Origin: the human T2T-CHM13v2.0 reference genome, Homo sapiens
Assembly: GCF_009914755.1 (NCBI RefSeq)
Contig: NC_060925.1
DNA: 64,000 nucleotides
Direction: 5' to 3' (one strand)
Under the pieces are notes generated by a model, which saw only the letters and a list, made by a program, of their open reading frames with translations, searched no databases and was not told the DNA's origin. The position numbers and the translations under genes were made by a program. Below, piece by piece: positions 39,511 to 64,000 of the stretch (positions within the stretch are counted from its first letter, which is position 1; every line of letters starts with the position of its first letter).

Positions 39511-40475
39511 ATGCCGGCTTACCATCTCTACCATCATCCGGGTAAGCAAGCTTGGATGGCCATCCATTTATGGCAGTCGTGAGTGGTGACCATTTCGTTT
39601 TATTAATGCAAGAGTAGAAAAACCTCAGTTCCATCAGATAATGAAAGCCATGTTATTTATAATGTGTTCTGCCCTATTCTTAATTACCTAATATTTCATT
39701 TTAGGAATATTGAATATCAGAGTCATATTTGGCCACCCTTCAGCTAGTTCTCAATTCTGACACTGGAGACCTGTATTTTCATGAGTATTTTGAACTATTA
39801 GTGCTTTCTATCAACTTTTCTGAATGAATTTTATGATTTCACTAGTAAACAGAGGAAAGTTTTGCTAGCTGTATTCTGAGAAATATGTTAATTACATTAT
39901 TATTTATGCATTATTTCAAAAAGGAAGTGGGGATAGCTGTTAGAATTAACCTAGATGGTGACAAATAGAGTCTGTTTGGAGAAAGTGGCAACATTAATAT
40001 AATCTTTTAATCATTTCTAATTGTTTTTTTTTTTTGTTGGTTTATGTTGTTCCCGGAAAAAGACGAGAGTGTTTCGTGTCTAAAAAACTCCTAGAATGAC
40101 ACGTGGTTTATCATGGTTTATTTAAACTGCCTGTAGATTAATAATAATAATTCTCTGGCAGACCACATGATACAATTACGTTCTTGTTACTTTAGCTCAT
40201 TAGCTCACTTGTTTTTATTACCCTTAATTCCAAAATTAAGGGATTCTTTTTCATTTCGCTTTTTACATGATATCGAGAGGTACGTGATTGTTGTTCCCTC
40301 CAAAATTAGCATTCAACCAGTGGTGCTTTTGGTTTTTTCCCGTTTACTATTTGCTGGATGGCAAGAGATCTGTTAATGTCTCCCAATACACAAGTAATGT
40401 AAACTAGGGCATGTACTACACTAAATGAAGATCACCATGAATTCTACATGATCATCTTTATTTTTTTCTTTACAG

Positions 40476-40845
40476 TTTAGTCATCCAACAAGAAGAAATA
40501 TGAAATTCCAGCAATAAGAAATGAACAAAAGATTGGAGCTGAAGACCTAAAGTGCTTGCTTTTTGCCCGTTGACCAGATAAATAGAACTATCTGCATTAT
40601 CTATGCAGCATGGGGTTTTTATTATTTTTACCTAAAGACGTCTCTTTTTGGTAATAACAAACGTGTTTTTTAAAAAAGCCTGGTTTTTCTCAATACGCCT
40701 TTAAAGGTTTTTAAATTGTTTCATATCTGGTCAAGTTGAGATTTTTAAGAACTTCATTTTTAATTTGTAATAAAAGTTTACAACTTGATTTTTTCAAAAA
40801 AGTCAACAAACTGCAAGCACCTGTTAATAAAGGTCTTAAATAATT
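40476..40845 (+). other. YBX1: YBX1 exon 8 (3' UTR only)
   Basis: Long polypyrimidine tract then tacag| acceptor; AATAAA at 40769-40774 and 40826-40831; GU-rich sequence downstream. 3' end approximate. Confidence 0.92.
40484..40545 (+). promoter_or_regulatory. YB-1 mRNA 3' UTR autoregulatory element (two UCCA[A/G]CAA motifs plus A-rich PABP region)
   Basis: TCCAACAA at 40484-40491 and TCCAGCAA at 40507-40514 in A-rich context; function from established YB-1 autoregulation work. Confidence 0.75.
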
Positions 40846-40880
40846 GTCTTTGTGTAAATTTGTCTAGTTTTGCTTTAGTT
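40769..40880 (+). terminator. YBX1 polyadenylation region (two AATAAA)
   Basis: AATAAA at 40769 and 40826; ttgtctttgtgt downstream of the distal signal. Confidence 0.85.
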
Positions 40881-41428
40881 TGTAAGTATTTAGCTATTTA
40901 TAGGACCCTTAGCTTGACCCAGTCTACAAATAGATGATGCTCACTGGTAATTCCCTCAGGTAAAATGTCTCAAAATCTCTAATCCTTTAAGTGGCATGCC
41001 TGTGGGCCCATACTAAAAATTAGAAAATACATACTCTGATAACCTGGCCATTTTTCATTGAAGGATTTAGCTCATTTGTAAGAAAGACTTGAGTGTAGAT
41101 TTTGGGTGGGTCCCTTTGGCTGTGAGGCATTGTTTAAAAGGGCATTGCTCTAGCCTAGACCGACCAGACTCTCATCCTGCTCCACTTAGTTTTGTCACCT
41201 TGGGAGAATTTGTTTCAGTGTGTCAATTGAAGATGCCAATTGAAGTGTTAGGACAACCTGTCACACTGCCTGGTGTGGTCATCAAATATTGGTTCAGCTC
41301 CTTATGTCCTAGAGATGGAAACAAGTAATATAAAACCCATGGGAAAGCTGCTTAGGAACATGGAGGTTGGTGAGCTTGTAATTATGTGGTTCTCAACACC
41401 TTAAATCCTAAGCCTAGTCTGGCTGATC

Positions 41429-41718
41429 TTTTCTCTTTTTGAGACGGAGTCTTGTTCTGTCATCAGGCTGGAGTACAGTGGCACAATCTTGGCTCACTGC
41501 AACCTCCACCTCTAGGTTTAAGCGATTCTCCTGCCTCGGCCACCTTAGTAGCTGGGAGTACAGGTGCGTGCCACCACACCCAGCTAATTTTTGTATTTTT
41601 AATAGAGATGGGGTTGCACTGTGTTAGCCAGGATGGTCTTGATCTCTTGACCTTGTGATCCGCCCGCCTCAGCCTCCCAAAGTGCTGGGATTACAGGTGT
41701 GAGCCACCGCACCTGGCC
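41429..41718 (-). mobile_element. Alu
   Basis: Reverse Alu consensus; tctggct flanks both ends. Confidence 0.92.
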
Positions 41719-42126
41719 TCTCTGGCTTTTGTTTTCTAATGTTTTGTTAGATGTTCTTTGGCTTGCTTTGTGAAATAGTCATGTAGTTGATAGTGACTGC
41801 TGCCCCGAAACACTCCAGATCATCCTGGCCAGCTATCAGGGCCCAGGGGAAGCAGACAGTAGGGGTCGGGAGTAGGCCAGAGTGGCACATCAGGAATCCT
41901 GCAGTGCTGTGGAAGTCATCTCCTGCTTGGGACTAACTCTTTGCAGAGGACTTGATAAGAGACTACTCAAAAAAAATTTTTTTAACCCTACTTAGTGTAA
42001 ATATCTGTACTGCAGAAGTGAGTTAGCCTATTTCTTGCTGGTGTTCATGAAAATACTGTGTTGGCAAGAGTGCAGTGGACCTGAAACTTCAACTGTTGGT
42101 AGCATCTAAACTGTTACTTACAACTG

Positions 42127-42359
42127 CAGACGCACACAGTCCCTGACTTAAACAGTGGTTTGACTTAGGGGCTTTTAGTGGGGTTACGGTTTCTACTGAA
42201 TCAACATTGTTTTCATGGCATCACAGAGTTGAAAAATCATAAATGAAACCATTGTAAGTTGACTGCAGTGTTGCCAACATTAAATGCAGTTTCAACTTAA
42301 TGATTTTCTGACTTGTGGTTTATGGGGACATTGACCCATCATAAATTGAAGAGCATCTG
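42127..42359. mobile_element. MER82-like (TcMar-Tigger) element
   Basis: Ends ...acccatcataaattgaagagcatctg(ta); repeated (c/t)gactta motifs. Confidence 0.6.
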
Positions 42360-43307
42360 TATTAGGATATCATGGAAATGGGAAGACCAAAAACATTGGT
42401 TAAACATCCAATAATGTTAGAATGAGATTCTCGAAAACACATTGAGGAGGACAGTTGTTTGGGGGAATACAATCTTAGGTGCTAGTGTTGGAAACAGAAC
42501 TACGTACATGTTTTTAGATACTGTCTCCTGTTCTGTTGCCCAGTATTTTGTGTACTTACGGATTATTTGTAAGGACTACAGAGGCTATACATCTCAAAAA
42601 CTACCCAGAAAACTTGCAGCCAAGATCAAGGTTTAGAACCTGTTCTGCCAATCAGATACACCAACATGAGACCTGGAGACATTGCTAGGAAGCTATGCAA
42701 ACTCCTTTTGCTAGCGAGGGTAGTCGCTGTGCTTTGGTGATGCTGCAGCAGCAATGGTTTCCTCCTATCTGCCTCACCTAGATGGTGACACTGAGCCTGG
42801 TTCCCCAGCCTTAGCAATTGTGAGATAACCTGTATTCCTTTTTTTTTTTTTGTCTTCCGGAAGAGATGTGCCATTTGGAGCAGAGTGAACTTGAGCAGTG
42901 TGAGCACAGGAGAGCAGGAAGTGAGGAAAAAAGCGAGTGTGTCATAGTTTCTTTTGAACGTTGCACTGGAAGACCTAGGGCGGTACAGTTAAAAAAACGG
43001 AAGGATTTGGAAGAAATAATTGTCATGCATAGGTGATGCTGGCCACACAGAAAATCCAAAAGATATTGCAGTCAAATTTGAGTGTTTATAATTGGCTAGT
43101 TGTGTTTCTGTAATGTCTAGAAAATATAAACACATTCTCATGATACTATCAAGGAAATGTAGTTAGGAGTGAATCTATGGATCTTTATGGAAGGGAGTGG
43201 AACGATCAAAAGACAGTGGATTTTTTTTTCCATGTTTATGGATATTAAGACTAGTCAGTTCATCCAGTGATTAAATGTATTTCAGTTTTAAAGTCTTAGG
43301 GTTATTA

Positions 43308-43659
<352 letters not shown>

Positions 43660-43879
43660 TTAGGGTTATTGTAGTGTGTCTTGGAAAGCAAACAGAAAGG
43701 GGCCTGAAGGGATGTTGAAGATTTAAAGAGAAAAAGATGTGAAATAGTTGTCTTGGGAATGGGAAAACAAATGTACTAGGGACATGCAGAATTACCAGCA
43801 GGTGGGGAGTTGGATTTAACTAGGGCTTTGCCAGGTGAATTCAACAAAGGAAGGAAAGAGCAAAGGTATTGAGTATGTA

Positions 43880-44950
43880 TGCAAACCTATATGGTATAGC
43901 CTATTGCTCCTAGGCTACAGACCTGTACAGCATGTAACTGCTGAATACAGGCAATTATAACACAGTGTTAAATATTTGTGTGTCTAAGCACAGAAGAGGT
44001 ACAGAAGGGTGGGCATGGTACCTCATGCCTGTAATCCCAGCATCTTGGGAGACCAGGAATTTGACCTGGTAAAATAACAAGACCTCATCTCTACAAAAAT
44101 TTCAAAATTAGCCAGATAAAAGGTATTTTCCATTTAACTTTTTTTTTTTTTTTTGAGACGGAGTCTTGCTGTGTCACCCAGGCTGGAGTGCAATGGCGGA
44201 GGCCTCCTGGGTTCAAGTGATTCTCCTGCCTCAGCCTCCTGAGTAGCTGGGACTACAGGCACCCGCCACCGCGCCCAGCTAATTTTTGAATTTTTAGTAG
44301 AGACAAGGTTTCACCATGTTGGTCAGGATGGTCTCGAACTGCTGACCTCATGATCCGCCTGCTTTGGCCTCCCAAAGTGCTGGGATTACAGGTGTGAGCC
44401 ACCGCGCCCAGCCACAAACTAATTTTTAAGAACTTTTTGACTCTTAACTTAAAACTACAACTTTATGAAAATACATACTTACCTGTAAGCTTTTTTTAAA
44501 AAGTTTAACTTGTAGGTTCAAGGGGGATGTGTGCTGGTTTGTTATTTAGGTAAATTTGTGATTCTCCATATCACTGTCTTTTACCTACACACTTGTCCCA
44601 CTGAAAGGTCTTCAGGGGCAGTAACTTGAATGGAACTGTCATCTCTTTTGATAACAATAACAGTGCCTGCTGGAATACCTCCTGAAGGACCTGCCTGGGG
44701 CTAACAGTTAAAAGTTAACTTTTAAAAAACATACTAGGCATGTATTTTATTACAGTGTCATGTAGTAAATACATAAGCCATTAACATTTATTATTACAAG
44801 CTGTATATAATTGTGCTATACTTTATGTGACTGGTAGTGTGGTAGATTTGTCTATTACTGGCATCACTACAAACACGAGTAACATGTTGTGCTATGACAT
44901 TCCTATGGCTAGGACGTCACTAGGCAGTAGGAATTTTTCAGCTACAGTAT
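43880..44950. mobile_element. Tigger3/MER7 (Golem) DNA transposon, left part, interrupted by Alus
   Basis: ggtatagcctattgctcctaggctacagacctgtacagcatg and gacgtcactaggcagtaggaatttttcagct match the Tigger3 consensus as I recall it. Confidence 0.75.
44139..44413 (-). mobile_element. Alu (preceded by a + strand Alu fragment at ~44007-44115)
   Basis: Reverse Alu consensus. Confidence 0.9.
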
Positions 44951-45175
44951 CTTTTATTGATACGAAGTATTTTACATATTGTGTACATGTGAGTATTCGT
45001 TACATGAATAGAATGTGATGATCAGGTCAGGGTACTTGGAGTGTATCACCTTGAGGTACACCTTGAGTATTATTTCTACTTATTGGTAACACTTCAAGTT
45101 CTGTCTTCTAGCTATGCCGAAATTAGAGTACATTGTTACTAATATATAATACGTAGTCACCCTACTGTGCTATAG

Positions 45176-54056
<8,881 letters not shown>

Positions 54057-54733
54057 CTCAATTTTTTGACATTGCTTTTGTAGGGAAGTCCTTTTTCTGA
54101 AGATGCATCTATGGTGTTGGTTGAGTAGGGCACTTTGATTTTGATTTCGGGTGCATGCAGTAGTATATTATTTCTTCCACTGTAAATAGCTTCAGTGGTA
54201 ACTGTGATTTCCCTAGTGGCATAGAGTATGGTTATTAGTGGAGGCTGTGGGAAAGTTGCTGGGGACTAGAATGCCAGATGGGCCAGTCTTCAGTCCCTAG
54301 TGGTGGCAGTGGTGGGCTGGGCATGCCTGTCCTTGGGTCTTTGGGCAGCTTACACTGGCACCAGTGTCAGTGAATCCAGACAGACTGATTCTTGGGCCTC
54401 CACGGGGCTCGCTCAGATGCTGGTAATGGCAGCTGTGGTCTGGGCACCCAGGCAGGTTCTCAGGCCCCTTGGCAGCTGATGTGATGTGGGTGATGGCAGT
54501 AGCAGTGGTGGAGCAACCCAAATGTTCATGCTAGTGTTGGTGGTAGCTACAACAGGTTAGACGGGCCAGTCTCTTGGCCTGCTGGTGGTATGTGCAGGTG
54601 GTTGCCAGCTGTGGTGGTATCGGCAGGTTGTGTCAGCACAACTTAAGACCCCAAGAGGAGTATTCATATGCCAATGATGGTGGACTGGGCCAGACAACAT
54701 CCAGGCCCCTGAATGGCATGCTCAATTATTGAG

Positions 54734-54816
54734 TCAGCTCTATTATAATCTTATGGGACCACCATCATATATGCAGTCTGTCATTGACTGAAACATTTTT
54801 GTGTGGTACATGACTG
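54734..54816. mobile_element. Tigger3/MER7 right end
   Basis: tcagctctattataatcttatgggaccaccatcatatatgcagtc...catgactg(ta) continues the consensus broken at 44950. Confidence 0.75.
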
Positions 54817-55189
54817 TACTTATTAAGGGAACTGGAAGGATATGAGGTGGTGGTCCTAGGCTGGGATGGGGTATGGTGCAGTTACTTGTATTGACAAAGC
54901 TTAGGTTGTGGATATGTAGATGGGAGATGGAGGAGGAAGAATCACAGGCCAACTGAATGTGGAGTCAGACCACGGTGTTCAGTGGATCTTTTGTGTGCAT
55001 GTTGAAATTGCCACAAGTGATGATGGAAGTAGTTAGTGGGTGTGGAAAGGACAGTGAGGGGATACAGGAATTAAATCTTGAAGGAATGCTTCTGGATAAT
55101 GAGTTTAATCCAGAAACTCATTGGACTAAATGAATTTTGTCCATCGCTTCAAAGAAGGGGTTTTTGAGGGCTTTGGAGAGAGGGAAAAT

Positions 55190-55492
55190 TGTGGCAGTGG
55201 TGGCTCATACCTGTAATCCCAGTACTTTGGGAGGCTGAGGCAGGAGAAATATGTGAGCTCAGGAGTTTGAGACCAGTCTGGGCAACAAAGTGAGACCCCA
55301 TCTCTAAAAAAAGAAATAAAAAATTAGCCAAATTTGGTGGTGTATGCCTTTAGTCCCAGCTACTCTGGAGGCTGAGGTCGAAGATCACTTGATCCCAGGA
55401 GGTTGGGGCTCCAATGAGCCATGATTGAGCCACTGCACTCCAGCCTGCGTGACAGAGTGAGACCCTGTCTTTAAAAAAAAAAGAAAAAAAAA
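55190..55492 (+). mobile_element. Alu (J-like)
   Basis: Alu consensus with poly(A). Confidence 0.9.
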
Positions 55493-55899
55493 GTGGCAAT
55501 AATGTAACAAAGGAGACTTAGCCCACCACCAGACACCATGGTATTTGGGACATAGGAGAAAAAAAAACAGACTCCATTGAAAGGGCTCCAAGGGAATAAG
55601 GTTGTGGAGGTAAGTATGATTAGAGAAAGAGTAAAAAGCTGAATAAGAACATACACAGAAGAGGCTGTACCTGAATTCCAGCGGGCCCCTGAGAAGGTTG
55701 GGAAGGGAGCTATATTGAGTTAGATTAGGAGATGTAGAGAGCTAATGAGAATTAACAGTCAGGCAGTGACAGCTGACTGGGGAAGTTTGGACGCCTAGCT
55801 GAGACTGAGGCACACAGTCAAGTGTAATGCATGACAGGTTAGGTCCCAAAGTCCAGATGAGTAATGAGACCTCAACCAGAAATATGGAGTAAGAAAGAG

Positions 55900-56430
55900 G
55901 GGCTCAAGTTTGAGATATTTTCAGAAATCGAGTTGGCAGATGTAGGTAACTAGCTGAATGCACGGATGACTGCAGAATGTTGATGCAGATACTGTCATTC
56001 GCTGGAATAAAAACATGCATAAAGAGGAGAGGGGTCTGATAGCTCAGTTGAGATATGTGGAGTTTGAGGACCTGTGGGGGCACCCATGGGGAGTGTGTCG
56101 GAAGCTAAGGAGGGAGGTGTAGGCCGAGGCAGAGTGACACTCATCAGGTGGCTATTGGAAGCTGTGATCATGGGTAAAATCATATCCCTTTAGGGGCATT
56201 TGTGGAGAGATGAGGATGGAGACACAAACTTTTGGAACAAGGTCAAGACATAGAAGTGATGGCTAGAAAAAGATGTGGCAAATCCAGAAAGGGGGCATCA
56301 CAGAAAACTGGGGAGCAAAATAGGAAATTGCTCACAACATCAAAGCCAATAGGTCCAAGAAGATGGGAGTTGAAAAGTGTTTACTGGCCTTAGCAACCAG
56401 GAGATGACTGGTGAGAGGAGTGGAATGTGG
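55900..56430 (-). mobile_element. L2 LINE remnant
   Basis: Purine-rich reverse L2-like blocks (gagtttgaggacctgtggggg..., ggccttagcaaccaggagatgactggtga). Confidence 0.5.
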
Positions 56431-56479
56431 AGGTGACCCTCAGACTGCAGCAGGCGAGGGGTGCATAGGGCAGCTACAG

Positions 56480-57255
56480 CGCACCTGCTGCTCCCGCAGC
56501 CTTCCGCATCTCCACAATGGCTGGTCCATCCTTACAGGTCCATGCCAAAACCCTCAGTCATCCTTGACTTCTCAATTTCCCTCCAATGAGTCTGCAGATT
56601 CCATTGATTCTGACTTTGAAACAGCTAGAATCTGACCACTTACCTCTGACCACTTGGGTCCAGGCTGTGGTAGCCTCCCTGCTACCATCTTCCTACCCTA
56701 ACACCTGTGTCAGGCCTCGAGACACTCCTGCTCAAAATCCTTCAGAGGCTTCCAGTCTCACTTTTGAGCAGAAGCCAGCATCCTCCAGGAGCCTCCACAA
56801 TGTGCCCCCACCTGCCCCATGCCATCTACTCTCTCCCCTGGTTTACTCCACCCAACCTCACAGGCTTCCTTTTCATGGCACTCTTCCACCTCAAGGCATT
56901 CACACCTGTTTTTCCCTTCTGACTGGAAGAATGTTCTGCCGGATAAGTTAGTGGCTTTCTTCCTCAGTTCTTTAGGTCTTTGATCAGCAGGGCCTCCCCT
57001 GCCTACCTGTTTAAGATGGCCACCCCTTCCCATGGCCAGCCCCCAATTCCTGGCCTTCCTGATTTTCCTCCATGGTGCATGTCATCTGCTGGCTACATTA
57101 ACTTGCTTGCTAACTATCTTGCTCTGATAGGAGTTAAGCTACATAAGGGTAGGGATTTCTGTCTGTTTTGTTCACTGCTGCTATATCCCAGCATCTATAA
57201 TGGGGCTAAAAGAGTACAGAACAAAAGCTCAATACGTATGTTGAAATTAATAAAT
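56480..57255 (+). mobile_element. L2 LINE 3' portion
   Basis: agtcatccttgacttctc, cactcctgctcaaaatccttcag, gggtagggatttctgtctgttttgttcactgctg, agctcaata. Confidence 0.75.
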
Positions 57256-57331
57256 TATGGATAACCATGAAGAGGCTTGGCAGCTGAGTGAAGGAAACGA
57301 GGGCTGCTGCTAGAAAGGGACTGTGGAACCA

Positions 57332-57530
57332 TGTCTTAGCCTGCTTGGGCTGCTGTAGCAAAATACCAGAGACTAAGTGGCTTAAGCAGTAGATATTTAT
57401 TTCTCATGGTTCTGGAGACTGGCAAGTCCAGGTCAAGGTAACAGTAGATTTGGTTCCGGTGAGGGTCCTCTTCTGACATGGATTGCACAAAGCCACCTTC
57501 ACCACCACCTCACGGTGTCCTCACATGAGA
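57332..57530. mobile_element. MLT1A/B-type MaLR LTR fragment
   Basis: tgtcttagcctgcttgggctgctgtagcaaaatacc...atttatttctcatggttctggagactggcaagtcc. Confidence 0.8.
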
Positions 57531-57769
57531 GAAACTTGGAAAGCAACTCGGAGTAAGAAAACCTGAGCTCTAGTCCTGCCAATGAAACTTCATCTTAAGT
57601 CCTAACGATCACCTCCTTTGCCAATACCAGAAGCCACTTGCCTCCGGAATCCAGGACATGGGAGAAAATTAAACACCTAATTAAAAAAAAAGGGGTATAA
57701 ATAGTACTCACTTCCTAAAGTTGTGAGGATGAAACAAGAATCAATGAAACCACATTTTGTTAGTGCTCA

Positions 57770-58375
<606 letters not shown>

Positions 58376-58599
58376 GTTTTGTGTTATTATTACAGGAATA
58401 ATGTAAGGATAAACTGAGATAATAGGTATAAAAATTGTAAACTGTAAAAGTGTAGTTGCCACAAGAAAGTGGTTTATAGACCTCCAACTACAGGGAGTGT
58501 AATTAACCAAGGGCCGGAGTTGCTTTGCTCTAAAATTTACCACCTTATTTGCCCTGAGGCTCTGCTTACCAAATGCTCCCAAGCTGATGGCTGAGTGTG

Positions 58600-59221
<622 letters not shown>

Positions 59222-59229
59222 AGAAGGTG

Positions 59230-64000
<4,771 letters not shown>

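Overview
Primate (almost certainly human) genomic DNA with two tandem + strand genes in a repeat-rich background. (1) The 3' half of PPIH (cyclophilin H, a U4/U6 snRNP peptidyl-prolyl isomerase): four coding exons at 3358-5914, a 9.1 kb intron in the 3' UTR, and a non-coding last exon at ~15079-15255. (2) The complete YBX1 gene (YB-1, cold-shock domain protein): CpG-island promoter at ~20.3-21.9 kb, seven coding exons giving 975 nt (324 aa plus stop), and a non-coding last exon ending at ~40845. The remaining ~23 kb is intergenic and almost entirely transposon-derived. It includes a Tigger3/MER7 element split by a ~9.8 kb degenerate minus-strand L1 carrying 13 Alus, L2, MLT1 and LTR16-like remnants, and a second plus-strand L1 with about 11 Alus. 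I found no prokaryotic-type system and no new stand-alone gene. The most interesting signals are candidate hidden layers of YBX1 expression: an alternative exon-1 frame that a cryptic donor could fuse to the cold-shock domain, a candidate poison exon in intron 2, a 112-aa +1-frame ORF, non-AUG N-terminal variants, a U12-type branch motif, and overlapping 3' UTR control sites. Exon coordinates were derived base by base; repeat boundaries and subfamilies were recognised by eye and are approximate.
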